Shown here in pieces: positions 1 to 10,143 of a stretch of 64,000 nucleotides of DNA. A program made the position numbers and the translations under genes. The notes under the pieces are model-generated. The model worked only from the letters and a program-made list of their open reading frames with translations, was not told where the DNA came from and ran no database searches. Source of the stretch: an uncultured Halanaerobiales bacterium (GTDB lineage Bacteria > Bacillota > Halanaerobiia > Halanaerobiales > M55B127); contig CAJXKY010000001.1 of NCBI GenBank assembly GCA_913055675.1, positions 11,094 to 75,093 of the forward strand. The letters are read 5' to 3'. The first letter of the stretch is position 1; every line of letters starts with the position of its first letter.

Positions 1-1
1 T

Positions 2-727
2 AATGCCGAAAAATTTATAGCTTATTTTCAAAATTTCAGTAATACTTATTTACCTTTAGAAGACTTAAAGAAATATGTTAAAAAGGCAGCACAAGTTGAA
101 GATGTAGTAGAGGTATGTTTTTCGACAAGACCTGATTGTATTAGTGATAATTATTTAAAGGAATTAAATAATTTAATTGAGGAAAATGATTTGGATATCA
201 ATTTAACTTTGGAACTTGGGTTACAGACAGTTAATTATCACACCTTAAAAGATATAAATCGCAAACATACTTTAGCGGAATTTATAAATGCAGTAATGAT
301 TGCCCATAAATATGATATAAAGGTAGGGGTACATTTAATTTTAAATTTACCTGGTGATACCATGGATGATGTTATAGAAAACGCTAAAGTGATATCGGCT
401 CTAAAAGTTGATAATATTAAATTGCATGCCTTATATATAAGAAAAAATACACAGTTTGCTGAAATGTATGAAAATGGTGAAATTAAATTAGAAAGTAAAG
501 AGGAGTATATAAATAGAGTTTTAACATTTTTAGAATACCTATCACCTGATATAGCCGTCCAGCGTTTATTAGGTAGAGCTCCAGAAGAAGAGACTCTCTT
601 TGTTAACTGGGGTAATCATTGGGCCCAAATTCACCAAAAGATTTTGAATAAAATGAATAAGATTAATTTCAAACAGGGCTCTAAATATAATTATTTGGAT
701 GGTAAAGCACTAAGAAACATTGACTGA
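2..727 (+). CDS. radical SAM protein, TIGR01212/YtqA-like (5' end outside window)
   Basis: Reading frame is open from the window edge. It covers the C-terminal half of a radical-SAM barrel (LELGLQTVNYHTLKDINRKH, IKLHALYI). Confidence 0.7.
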   Translation, partial: NAEKFIAYFQNFSNTYLPLEDLKKYVKKAAQVEDVVEVCFSTRPDCISDNYLKELNNLIEENDLDINLTLELGLQTVNYHTLKDINRKHTLAEFINAVMIAHKYDIKVGVHLILNLPGDTMDDVIENAKVISALKVDNIKLHALYIRKNTQFAEMYENGEIKLESKEEYINRVLTFLEYLSPDIAVQRLLGRAPEEETLFVNWGNHWAQIHQKILNKMNKINFKQGSKYNYLDGKALRNID

Positions 728-804
728 TATTTTTAAATAATGTTGAAAATAGAGTGATAAAAAGTTAAAATAATAATTGAGAATATGATATGGAGGTTTT
801 TAAT

Positions 805-1368
805 ATGGATATAGATAAGATAGTACAAGATTCCTATAATGCTGTATCAGAATTATTGGATATAGTAGATTTACTTGAAGGTGATATATTTGTATTAGGG
901 GGAAGTACTAGTGAAATTACTGGTAATAAAATAGGAACAGCTTCTAATCCTGAGATTGGAGAAAAGATCATAAAAAAGATAATACCTTTAATAAAGAAAA
1001 ATGATATATTTTTAGCTGTGCAGTGTTGTGAACATCTTAATAGAGCTTTAGTAGTTGAAAAAGAAAGTGCAGTTAAATATAATCTTGAAGTTGTTAATGC
1101 TGTGCCTCATAAAAAGGCAGGAGGTTCTTTATCTACAGCTGCCTATAAACATTTTGAAAATCCGGTAATGGTTGAAAAAATATCAGGTCATGCCGGTATA
1201 GATATTGGTGATACTTTAATAGGGATGCATCTAAAACATGTAGTAGTTCCAGTTAGAATAGATATCAAAAAAATCGGAGAAGCTAATTTAACATTAGCTA
1301 GAACCCGGCCTAAATTAATAGGTGGGGAAAGGGGAAGATATACTGAGCATAGTAAACATCTCAATTAA
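805..1368 (+). CDS. TIGR01440/UPF0340 family protein
   Basis: ATG at 805 lies 7-8 nt after the GGAGG RBS. Family-like motifs: VLGGSTSEI, VQCCEHLNRALVVE, GHAGIDIGDT. Confidence 0.7.
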   Translation: MDIDKIVQDSYNAVSELLDIVDLLEGDIFVLGGSTSEITGNKIGTASNPEIGEKIIKKIIPLIKKNDIFLAVQCCEHLNRALVVEKESAVKYNLEVVNAVPHKKAGGSLSTAAYKHFENPVMVEKISGHAGIDIGDTLIGMHLKHVVVPVRIDIKKIGEANLTLARTRPKLIGGERGRYTEHSKHLN

Positions 1369-1396
1369 TAAGATAATATATTAATGGGGGTTTATA

Positions 1397-3310
1397 ATGA
1401 TGCTGAGTCAAAAGAGTATTATAATAATATTTTCAGTGCTTTTAATATTATTAGTTTCTCCCCCTTTATCTTTAGCTCAAAGTCAAGATATTAACTCTAT
1501 AAATGAGGTAAGTTTAAATATAGATATTATAGTTGTATTGTTATTAATCATATTCATTATGTTATTGTTCTTTTTTGAACCAATAAATATAGATATGATA
1601 GCTTTATCTGTTCCTGTGATTTTATTTGTTTTAAATAAATGGACTAAAATCACTGCAGAAGAAGCTATATCTGGATTTGCAAATAAAGCAACCATAACTG
1701 TCTTAGCAATGTTTGTTATAAGTGCAGGAATCCAACAGTCGGGTATTATACAGGTTTTAGGGAGAAAAATTGCTGATATTACAGGAAGTAATCATTATAG
1801 ACAGGTTGGTTTGATTACAGGGATTTCAGGTTCAATAGCATGTATTTTGAATAATACACCTGTAGTAGCTATTTTTATTCCGATGGTAAATAATATTGCA
1901 AACAAAACAAAAACTTCTCCTTCAAAATTATTAATTCCCTTATCTTACGCTTCAATGATGGGGGGGATGGTTACCTTAATTGGAACTTCATCAAATTTAT
2001 TAGCAAGTGATATTTCAGCACGTTTAATTGACCATCCGTTTTCAATGTTTGAATTCACTAAATTAGGATTACTTGTTCTTGTAGTAGGAGTAACTTATTT
2101 GGTTTTAATAGGTCATAAACTTATTCCTGATAGACTTGCTACTACAGATAATATATTTGAAGAATTTGAAATGAAAGAATATTTAACAGAAGTTGTAGTA
2201 GAAGAGAATTCACCCTTAATTGGTAGAACTCTTGAAGATCTTAAAAATAATACTGGTATGGATATGGATTCTGTTATGTTAAATCGTGAAGATAATCAAT
2301 ATATTGAATCTTCTAACCAAAAAGGCATAAAAAAGGGTGATCATTTAATAATTAGAGCTGATCACGAAACAATATTAAAAGTAATGAAAAGAAATGAGTT
2401 ACGATTAGTTCCTCATAGTGATATTTATCAGAAAAATTTAAAAGATCCTATTAAAGGGCAGAAATTAATGGAAGTAGTAATTCCTTATGGTTCTTTTATG
2501 CAGGGTCAGAGTATTTCCGAGGTAAACTTTATAGAACGTTATGGAGCTACGGTACTTGCCATCAGAAGAGGGGAAGGATTAACTCATAAGAGAATGCAGG
2601 ATGTAGAATTGAAACAAGGAGATGTAATATTATTCTTAGTTAATGAAGAAACAGCAGATCGGTTTAGAAAAAATGAAAACTTTATTGTTTCAAAAGAAAT
2701 TGATACAAGAGATTATGAGTTTTCAAGAGCAGTTAAAGCTTTAACTATCCTAGCTGGTGTTGTAGCATTAGCAGCATTTAATATAGTTCATATTGTTATA
2801 GCTGCTCTAGGTGGAGTAATTGCAATGGTCGCTGTAGGTTGTATAGACCATAACCAGATATATGATTCAATTAATTGGGAAGTAATATTTCTATTAGCAG
2901 GTTTGATACCCTTGGGGATTGCAGTTGAAAAAACAGGTACAGCCCAATATATAGCTTATCAAGTTTTGAGATTAGCAAAAATATTTTCCCCTATTATCAT
3001 GTTAGCTGTATTTTACTTTTTAACAGCATTTTTAACAAATGTTATTAGTAAAAATGCAAGTGTAATATTGATGATACCGATTGCTATAAATACGGCTCAA
3101 ATTTTAAATGTAAATCCATTTGCTTTTATTTTGGCAGTAACATTTGCAGCTGGCACTGCTTTTGCTACTCCGATAGGTAATCAGACAAATTTAATGGTAT
3201 ATGGACCTGGTGGATATAAATTTAAAGATTATATTATAGTAGGTCTGCCTTTACAGATTTTATCAGGTATAGTAACTACCTTTGGTATAGTATATTTTTG
3301 GGGACTTTAA
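1397..3310 (+). CDS. SLC13/DASS-family permease with two central TrkA-C (RCK_C) domains
   Basis: 637 aa. Multi-TM N- and C-terminal halves flank a soluble ~200 aa insert with duplicated RCK_C-like segments. The motif GTSSNL/IGNQTNL is repeated. Confidence 0.75.
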   Translation: MMLSQKSIIIIFSVLLILLVSPPLSLAQSQDINSINEVSLNIDIIVVLLLIIFIMLLFFFEPINIDMIALSVPVILFVLNKWTKITAEEAISGFANKATITVLAMFVISAGIQQSGIIQVLGRKIADITGSNHYRQVGLITGISGSIACILNNTPVVAIFIPMVNNIANKTKTSPSKLLIPLSYASMMGGMVTLIGTSSNLLASDISARLIDHPFSMFEFTKLGLLVLVVGVTYLVLIGHKLIPDRLATTDNIFEEFEMKEYLTEVVVEENSPLIGRTLEDLKNNTGMDMDSVMLNREDNQYIESSNQKGIKKGDHLIIRADHETILKVMKRNELRLVPHSDIYQKNLKDPIKGQKLMEVVIPYGSFMQGQSISEVNFIERYGATVLAIRRGEGLTHKRMQDVELKQGDVILFLVNEETADRFRKNENFIVSKEIDTRDYEFSRAVKALTILAGVVALAAFNIVHIVIAALGGVIAMVAVGCIDHNQIYDSINWEVIFLLAGLIPLGIAVEKTGTAQYIAYQVLRLAKIFSPIIMLAVFYFLTAFLTNVISKNASVILMIPIAINTAQILNVNPFAFILAVTFAAGTAFATPIGNQTNLMVYGPGGYKFKDYIIVGLPLQILSGIVTTFGIVYFWGL

Positions 3311-3322
3311 TGAGGTGATCAG

Positions 3323-4180
3323 ATGGAAAAATTAAAAATTATAGTAGATAGTGCATGTGATATACCAAATAATTATTTGAAAGAAAACAATATAGACTTA
3401 TTGCCGTTCAGGATAATTGTAGACCAAGAAGAATATTTGGATGGAATAGATATTGATACAGAACAGTTATTCAAGTTTTTAGAAGAAAAACGCCATGTTA
3501 CTACTTCTCAAGTAAGAGCTACTGATTTTGAAAAAGCATTTACCAATTGTGCAGAAAAGGGTTGGGACTGTCTATACTTAGCTTTTTCTTCTAAAATGTC
3601 AGGTGCTTATCAGACTGCAAAATTAATATCAGAAAATGTAAAAGAAAAATATCCCGATTTTAAAATGGAAGTAATAGATACCAAAAGTGGTTCAACTGCT
3701 ATTAATCTTTTAGTAGAACAAATAGTTCAGTTAAAAAATAATAAGTTACCCTTCGAAGATATAATAAAAAAGGCTGAGGTACTTACTAAAAATGTTGAGC
3801 ACATTTTTACTTTAGAGAGTTTAGAAAGATTAAAAACGGGTGGAAGAATAAGTAAAACAACCGCGGCGATTGGGGAATTTTTGAATATTAAACCTGTATT
3901 AGAAGTAAATAATGGGAAAATAGAATTATTTAAAAAAGTAAGGGGATATGATAGAGCCTATAAGAAGATATTAAAAATAATGGAAAAAAGAAGTAGTGAT
4001 CTTAAAAATAAGCTTATTGGTATAAGTTATTCGGGTGAAAAAGAAAATGCCATAAAATTAAAAGAAATGATTGCTGATCGTTTTGGGACTAAGGATTTTA
4101 TGATAAATATGATTAGTAATGTTTTAACTGTTCATTTAGGAAGAAGTGGGGTAGGAGTATTTTTTATAAATGAAAAATAA
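3323..4180 (+). CDS. DegV family fatty-acid-binding protein
   Basis: 285 aa. Shows the IVDSACDIP N-terminus, TSQV motif and SGAYQTA typical of DegV. Confidence 0.85.
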   Translation: MEKLKIIVDSACDIPNNYLKENNIDLLPFRIIVDQEEYLDGIDIDTEQLFKFLEEKRHVTTSQVRATDFEKAFTNCAEKGWDCLYLAFSSKMSGAYQTAKLISENVKEKYPDFKMEVIDTKSGSTAINLLVEQIVQLKNNKLPFEDIIKKAEVLTKNVEHIFTLESLERLKTGGRISKTTAAIGEFLNIKPVLEVNNGKIELFKKVRGYDRAYKKILKIMEKRSSDLKNKLIGISYSGEKENAIKLKEMIADRFGTKDFMINMISNVLTVHLGRSGVGVFFINEK

Positions 4181-4192
4181 AGAGGAATTTAT

Positions 4193-4951
4193 ATGGAAAA
4201 AGTAGTTTACTTAAGATTATTTGGTGAATTAAATCAGTTTTTTGAAGATAAAAATAAAAGGATAAGAGAGATAAAATATAAAGATAGACAAACCATTAAG
4301 GATATACTGGAAGGTATTGGTGTGCCCCATACTGAGGTATATTTTTTATTGAAAAATAATCAACCAATTAACTTTAATTATTTAGTAAAAAATGGTGATT
4401 CTATTAGCGCTTACCCTATATTTAAAACAATTAATATTGAATCTTCTCAAAAAACTTTACGTAAAAAATTCCCTTATCAACCTAAATTCATAGCGGATGC
4501 ACATTTGGGTAAATTAGTTAGTTATTTAAGGATACTAGGGTTTGATACCCTTTATTATAATGATTATGGTGATAAATTTCTAGCTGATAAATCTGCCAAG
4601 GAGAACAGAATATTATTGACAAAAGACCATGGGCTATTAATGAGAAAAAAAGTTAAGTATGGATATTATATTAGAAATGATAATCCTCAAAAGCAGCTTT
4701 CGGAAGTAATACATCGTTATGATTTAAAAGAATATATTAATAAATCAAGTCGTTGTCCTAAATGTAATCATTTGCTAGAAAGTATTAGAAAAGAAAAAAT
4801 TATAGATAGATTAGAACCTAAGACCAAAAAGTATTATAATGAATTTTATATTTGTACTAACTGTGATCAAATATATTGGAAAGGTTCACATTTTAAAAAA
4901 ATAGAAGAATTAATAAATGACATTGAGGATGAATTTAATAATGGGTTATAA
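4193..4951 (+). CDS. Mut7-C (DUF82) PIN-like RNase domain protein with N-terminal ubiquitin-like beta-grasp domain and C-terminal Zn-ribbon
   Basis: N-terminal ThiS/MoaD-like ~75 aa, then FIADAHLGKLVSYLRILGFD (Mut7-C signature), then CPKCN...CTNCDQIYWKGSH. Confidence 0.75.
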   Translation: MEKVVYLRLFGELNQFFEDKNKRIREIKYKDRQTIKDILEGIGVPHTEVYFLLKNNQPINFNYLVKNGDSISAYPIFKTINIESSQKTLRKKFPYQPKFIADAHLGKLVSYLRILGFDTLYYNDYGDKFLADKSAKENRILLTKDHGLLMRKKVKYGYYIRNDNPQKQLSEVIHRYDLKEYINKSSRCPKCNHLLESIRKEKIIDRLEPKTKKYYNEFYICTNCDQIYWKGSHFKKIEELINDIEDEFNNGL

Positions 4952-5852
4952 ACACACAAAATATCCGGAGTGGTCTTGGTCTCAATCAAGAGAGAATATT
5001 TTTAAAACTTGTTTGAGGAAATATTACTTTCAATATTATAAAAGTCATAACGGATGGGAGTGGAATGCTCCAGAAGAAAATAAAAAAGTATACCGATTAA
5101 AAAAATTACAGTCAACTGATACTATTTTGGGTAGTTCAGTCCATCATCTTTTGCATAGAGTAATCTATGATGGGTTGCCATTAGAAAAAAAGGTTTTAGA
5201 TGATAAAATAAAAAAAGAGTTAAATGATGCTTTTAGAGAATCACAAAACAAACCTGCTTGGAAAGTCAATCCTTCTAAACATGTAATGTTGAAAGAAATA
5301 TATTATAACGATGAGTTAAAAGACAGCAAAATTGATTTTATAAATTATAAAAAAGATCAAATTATCAATTATCTAATAAATACAGATGTAGTAGAAAACA
5401 TCAAAAACTCTTATTATGTAAAATCTTTTGATACAGATACTTTTGAAACCTTTGAATATAACAAAACCAAAGTTTATGCTATACCAGATTTAATTTATAA
5501 AAAAGGTAAAAATGAAAAACCTCATATCGTGGATTGGAAAACTGGCAAAGAAAAAAATAGTAGTAAAGAACAATTGAAATTATACGCATATTATTATTAC
5601 CGTACTTATAATTATACTGGAGAAATTACAGCTACATTTATCTATTTATATGAACAAAAAAAGAAAGAATATATTTTTGATGATAAGATTATTAAGGAAA
5701 CCGAGAAAAAAATAGAAAATAGTATTAAGGAAATGAAAGAATATCTGAAAGATGAAAAATGGAATCAACCTTTAGGACAAGCTCAATTTAAAAAAAGAAC
5801 TAATGATGTTGTCTGCAGTTACTGTAAATTTCGCGAATTGTGTAATAGATAA
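4941..5852 (+). CDS. PD-(D/E)XK nuclease, Cas4/RecB-like with Fe-S cysteine set
   Basis: IPDLIY...IVDWKTGK...QLKLYAYY motifs. One N-terminal Cys (KTCLRKY) plus C-terminal CSYCKFRELC. Overlaps the end of the Mut7-C gene. Confidence 0.7.
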   Translation: MGYKHTKYPEWSWSQSRENIFKTCLRKYYFQYYKSHNGWEWNAPEENKKVYRLKKLQSTDTILGSSVHHLLHRVIYDGLPLEKKVLDDKIKKELNDAFRESQNKPAWKVNPSKHVMLKEIYYNDELKDSKIDFINYKKDQIINYLINTDVVENIKNSYYVKSFDTDTFETFEYNKTKVYAIPDLIYKKGKNEKPHIVDWKTGKEKNSSKEQLKLYAYYYYRTYNYTGEITATFIYLYEQKKKEYIFDDKIIKETEKKIENSIKEMKEYLKDEKWNQPLGQAQFKKRTNDVVCSYCKFRELCNR

Positions 5853-5867
5853 TAAGAGGTGTGAAAA

Positions 5868-6644
5868 TTGGATCTGCATTTAGACAAGGTACATAATAAT
5901 AAAATATCAAAAGCCATAGCTGAATTTAATTTAATTGATAAAAATGATAAAATTATAGTTGGTTTGTCAGGTGGGAAAGATAGTTCTTTTTTGCTTTATG
6001 CTTTAAAAATATTGAGTGAACATACGTCATTAAATTTTAAAGTAAGTGCTGTTACAGTTGATTTGGGTTTTGAGGAAAGTAATCATTTATCTTATCTAAA
6101 GTATTTGTGTGATAAATTAGAAGTGAACCTTAAAGTAATTAAAACAGATATATATAAATATATTATAAACGAGGAGAATGGTAATCCCTGTTCAAAATGT
6201 GCTCACTTTAAAAAAGGAGCTATTGTTAATTACATGAAGGAAAAAGGATATGAAAAATTAGCTTTTGGTCATCATTATGATGATGCAGTAGAAACTTATT
6301 TAATGAGTATTCTTTATTCTGGTCAGGTAAATACATTACAGCCAAAGAGGTTTTTAAGTGATAATGAAGTATATATAATAAGACCATTGATTTACTTAAG
6401 GGAAAAAAGAATAATTTCTGCAAAAGATAGAATAGAATATAAGGATACCTTCACAAAATGTCCTTATGACCAGGAAACTAAAAGAGAAGAAATAAAAGAA
6501 ATTTTAGAAAAGATTAAATTCAATAAACAAATTTTTTATAATATTGCATCAGCAATGAGGGGAAATTCTATTAAGGAATTATGGCCCGTCAAGGAAGATG
6601 AGCAAATATTAACAGAAAAGATGCAATCTATTTGGGAAAATTAA
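5868..6644 (+). CDS. PP-loop ATPase, TtcA-like tRNA thiolation family
   Basis: SGGKDS PP-loop, CSKCAHFKKG, GHHYDD. TTG start after AGAGGTG. Confidence 0.7.
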   Translation: MDLHLDKVHNNKISKAIAEFNLIDKNDKIIVGLSGGKDSSFLLYALKILSEHTSLNFKVSAVTVDLGFEESNHLSYLKYLCDKLEVNLKVIKTDIYKYIINEENGNPCSKCAHFKKGAIVNYMKEKGYEKLAFGHHYDDAVETYLMSILYSGQVNTLQPKRFLSDNEVYIIRPLIYLREKRIISAKDRIEYKDTFTKCPYDQETKREEIKEILEKIKFNKQIFYNIASAMRGNSIKELWPVKEDEQILTEKMQSIWEN

Positions 6645-6691
6645 AATTAATTCACATCTGTGATAAAACGACAAACAAGGAGTGTAAATTT

Positions 6692-7792
6692 ATGAGCAAA
6701 GTATATTTCGCTGATATTAGAGCTAGAAGTGAAAAAAATAGTAAAATAGAGAAAATAAAAAACTTATTCGAAAAAGCCGGTTTTGGTGATTTAATAGAAG
6801 ATGAAGATTTTACAGCTATTAAGCTTCATTTTGGAGAATATGGTAATGATGGATATATAAATCCTGTTTTTGCAAGGCAGGTTGTAGATAAAATTAAAGA
6901 ACATAAAGGTAAACCCTTTGTTACTGATACAAACACCCTATATTCAGGTATGAGACACAATTCCATCGATCACTTGAGAGTTGCAAATTTACATGGTTTC
7001 AATTTTTCTGTTTTAGATGCGCCAGTTATTATTGCAGACGGCTTGAATAGAAAAGATTATACTGAGATAGCTATTGATGGTAAACATTTTCAAAAAGTAA
7101 AGATTGCCTCTGATATTATTAATTCTGATGGAATGATAGTTATGTCTCATTTTAAAGGGCATGCCATGGCTGGATTTGGTGGTTCTATTAAAAATATTGC
7201 CATGGGTTGTGCTCCTGCTCCGGGTAAAAAAGAACAACATGATGCTGAGATAAAATCTGATAATGATACGTGTATTGCTTGTGGTAGATGTGCAGAAGTT
7301 TGTCCAACTTCAGCTATAGTAGTTGATGATTTTGCAGTTATTGACCCTGAGAAATGTATTGGCTGTGGAGAATGTATGACAGTATGTCCAGTAGACGCAA
7401 TATATATGGATGAGGAAACAGAAATAGGACCTTTTATGGAAAGAATGACTGAATATGCTTATGGGGTTGCAAAAGATAAAGAAGGAAAAATTGGATATAT
7501 AAACTTCTTGATGGATATTACTCCGGAATGTGATTGTGCTACTTGGAGTGATGCTCCCATAGTTCGAGATATTGGAATATTAGCTTCAAAAGATCCAGTA
7601 GCCTTGGATAAGGCTAGTTATGACCTGGTGAATAAACAAGAAGGTATCAAGCATTCCCATTTAAAGGACAATTTTGAAAAAGGGAAAGATAAATTTAAAG
7701 GTATCAGAAAAAACACCAAAAGTACAATCCAGCTAACTTATGGGGAAAAAATGGGACTAGGTCAATTAGATTATGAATTAATCAAAATATAA
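6692..7792 (+). CDS. DUF362 domain protein with 2x[4Fe-4S] ferredoxin insert
   Basis: ATG at 6692 follows AAGGAG. CIACGRCAEVCP and CIGCGECMTVCP motifs lie inside a DUF362-like scaffold. Confidence 0.75.
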   Translation: MSKVYFADIRARSEKNSKIEKIKNLFEKAGFGDLIEDEDFTAIKLHFGEYGNDGYINPVFARQVVDKIKEHKGKPFVTDTNTLYSGMRHNSIDHLRVANLHGFNFSVLDAPVIIADGLNRKDYTEIAIDGKHFQKVKIASDIINSDGMIVMSHFKGHAMAGFGGSIKNIAMGCAPAPGKKEQHDAEIKSDNDTCIACGRCAEVCPTSAIVVDDFAVIDPEKCIGCGECMTVCPVDAIYMDEETEIGPFMERMTEYAYGVAKDKEGKIGYINFLMDITPECDCATWSDAPIVRDIGILASKDPVALDKASYDLVNKQEGIKHSHLKDNFEKGKDKFKGIRKNTKSTIQLTYGEKMGLGQLDYELIKI

Positions 7793-7813
7793 TAATTAAT
7801 TTGAGGTGAAAGA

Positions 7814-8587
7814 ATGAAGGTAAAAAAACAATATATGAAACTTTTTAAAAAAAATATTTATTTGAATAAAGAAAAAAAGAAAAACATAATTGAACAAGAA
7901 CGAAAAGAAGTAGAAAGTATAATGAGTAAATATGATAATGAGCAGGAAGCCTTTAATGAAGAAATGGAAGGTGCTATACCTAAAGCACATCGATTGACTA
8001 AAGAAAATGCTAATTATATTGAGGATATGGGTATTGTCAACGTGATTAAATTTTTAGGTAAAGTTCCTCACTTTAATATTAAAAGCAAAATGCAAATTGG
8101 AAATTTACCTCTTTTTCACATCACTAGTGGCTATAATCCCCAAAAAGGAGATTATGATGTAGCTCGTGGGATAATTTCAATTGGTAGTAAAGCACGAGGT
8201 GTAATAGCTATAGGTAAATTAGCCTATGGACTAATTGCCATAGGTGGAATAAGTATAGGAGTATTATCGGTAGGGATATTGTCAGCTGGGGTATTTGCCG
8301 TTGCTGGTATTGCTTTTGCCCTTTTATTAGCTTTAGGAGGGATTAGTATTTCGGCAGTAGCTTCTTTAGGAATTGTGGCGCTTTCTTCTTTAGCGGCTTC
8401 TGGACAAGTAGCAATGGCAAATTTTGTTAAAACTGGGCAAAAAGTCAGTGAAAATATTCCGGGATGGTTTGAAATAATGGCCAATAACATGGGAAATGTA
8501 GTATTAATATTTGAATTAATTTTAATAGCAATATTAGCTCTAATTTTCTATTTTAATTATTATTCAAAATATAAATATAATGAGTAG
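7814..8587 (+). CDS. membrane protein with glycine-zipper repeats, unknown function
   Basis: Lys/Glu-rich cytoplasmic N-terminus followed by reiterated G-x-I-[AS]-I-G units (RGIISIGSKARGVIAIGKLAYGLIAIGGISIGVLSVG). Confidence 0.55.
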   Translation: MKVKKQYMKLFKKNIYLNKEKKKNIIEQERKEVESIMSKYDNEQEAFNEEMEGAIPKAHRLTKENANYIEDMGIVNVIKFLGKVPHFNIKSKMQIGNLPLFHITSGYNPQKGDYDVARGIISIGSKARGVIAIGKLAYGLIAIGGISIGVLSVGILSAGVFAVAGIAFALLLALGGISISAVASLGIVALSSLAASGQVAMANFVKTGQKVSENIPGWFEIMANNMGNVVLIFELILIAILALIFYFNYYSKYKYNE

Positions 8588-8594
8588 AAGTTAT

Positions 8595-8616
8595 CCCGTT
8601 AGTAGCGGGGTTTTTC
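8595..8616 (+). terminator. weak rho-independent terminator
   Basis: CCCGUU/AGCGGG stem followed by a T-run. Confidence 0.45.
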
Positions 8617-8663
8617 TTTCATTTTCTAGCTAAAATATTTAGCAATATTCGGAGTTGAAGTAG

Positions 8664-10037
8664 ATGATAGAAGAAAAAAAAGAATCTTTAAAATATAATT
8701 ATATAGTTGAAGGTCCTATATTAAAGTCTTTAATTACTTTAGCTTGGCCAATAATGTTGAGTCAATTAATGCAGACTTTATATAATTTAGCAGATACATT
8801 ATGGCTAGGTAGAGTTGGTCCCGAAGCTGTTGCAGCAATTTCAATTAGTTTTCCAATTGTATTTATGATGATTTCAATTGCAGCAGGTTTAACTATTGCT
8901 GGAACTGCTTTAATAGCTCAGCATAAGGGGAAGGGAAATCTAATTAAAATTAATAATATAATAGGCCAATTATTTTCTTTTATAGTTTTTTTATCTATTG
9001 TTATTAGTGTAATTGGTTTCATTTTTGCTCGCAAAATAATTATTCTAATGGGAGCTGAACCACAAATAGTTGGTTCTGCAACAGCATATCTACGTACAAT
9101 TTTTGCCGGGATGCCATTTATGTTTGTGTTTTTTATTTTTTCATCCATTTTAAGAGGGGTTGGGGATACTAAGACTCCTTCCATCATGATGTTTTTTTCA
9201 GTTACTTTGAATATAATTTTAGATCCCCTTTTAATTTTTGGAATAGGGATATTTCCAAGATTAGATGTAGCTGGAGCTGCCTTAGCGACAATTATAGCAA
9301 GAGCTATTGTAGCTATATACGCATTAATTTTGATTAGGAAAGGTATGGAAGGGTTTTATCTAAAAAGTACTAATTTGAAGTGGAATTATAGTATAATAAA
9401 GAAGATTATAAGAATTGGAGTTCCGTCATCTGTTGAGCAATCTATGATAGCAATGGGCCAACTTTTAATGACAAGCCTGGTAGCCAGTTTTGGAACCATG
9501 ACTTTAGCTGCATATGGGATAGTAAATCGTATTATTAGTTTGCCTACCATATTGGCTTTTGGTGTTGGGGCTGCAGCAACTACAATGGTTGGACAAAATA
9601 TTGGAGCTGAAAAACAAAAAAGAGCAGAGCGTACTTCTAAAGTTAGTATTTCAATAATTTTCATAACAATGACAATTTTAGGTATTATTCTGTTTATAGA
9701 ACCCGAATTTGTAATTAGAATTTTTAATGGGGCTCCCCAAGTAGTTAAATTTGGTACTCAATATTTGAGAATAGTTGCTTTAACATTTGGCTTTTTAGGA
9801 GCCTTACATGTGAGCAACGGAGTTTTTAAAGGAGCAGGAAAAACGATTCCACCAATGATTATTTCTTCCTCATCTTTATGGTTATTTAGGCTAGGATTAG
9901 CTTATCTTCTAATAAATTTCTTATCTTTTTCACAGGTAGGTTTATGGTGGGCAGTGGCTCTTTCACATTTAGGAGGTTCACTTTTAGGATTAATTTGGTT
10001 AAAATTATCAAACTGGAGTACTTCTATTATAGATTAG
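8664..10037 (+). CDS. MATE family efflux transporter
   Basis: 457 aa, 12 TM. N-terminal signature WPIMLSQLMQTLYNLADTLWLGRVG. Confidence 0.9.
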   Translation: MIEEKKESLKYNYIVEGPILKSLITLAWPIMLSQLMQTLYNLADTLWLGRVGPEAVAAISISFPIVFMMISIAAGLTIAGTALIAQHKGKGNLIKINNIIGQLFSFIVFLSIVISVIGFIFARKIIILMGAEPQIVGSATAYLRTIFAGMPFMFVFFIFSSILRGVGDTKTPSIMMFFSVTLNIILDPLLIFGIGIFPRLDVAGAALATIIARAIVAIYALILIRKGMEGFYLKSTNLKWNYSIIKKIIRIGVPSSVEQSMIAMGQLLMTSLVASFGTMTLAAYGIVNRIISLPTILAFGVGAAATTMVGQNIGAEKQKRAERTSKVSISIIFITMTILGIILFIEPEFVIRIFNGAPQVVKFGTQYLRIVALTFGFLGALHVSNGVFKGAGKTIPPMIISSSSLWLFRLGLAYLLINFLSFSQVGLWWAVALSHLGGSLLGLIWLKLSNWSTSIID

Positions 10038-10108
10038 TTAAAATTTATTAAGTATAGTTTAATTTTTTTAATTAAAAATACTTTAAAATACAAAAATATA
10101 ATTTTTTG

Positions 10109-10137
10109 TTGACATTATTTCATATATTAGTTATAAT
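10109..10137 (+). promoter_or_regulatory. sigma-A type promoter (consensus)
   Basis: TTGACA (10109-10114), 17-nt spacer, TATAAT (10132-10137). Confidence 0.7.
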
Positions 10138-10143
10138 ATTAAA

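Noticed and set aside
1483-1695. Antisense or embedded ORFs from the six-frame track. Examples: 1483-1695, 6226-6423, 7013-7240, 7796-7990, 8224-8490, 8918-9187, 9386-9664, 10908-11135, 12343-12552, 12987-13262, 15879-16073, 16127-16477, 16938-17150, 18535-18807, 21641-21838, 22274-22747, 26255-26769, 32030-32287, 41456-41797, 42293-42535, 43939-44409, 49107-49601, 53477-53695, 56019-56252, 60664-60960, 63419-63631
   Set aside because: All lie opposite to or inside genes with strong family-level homology. They lack RBSs and have low-complexity, Ile/Phe/Leu/Ser-rich compositions typical of the antisense frame of AT-rich coding DNA.
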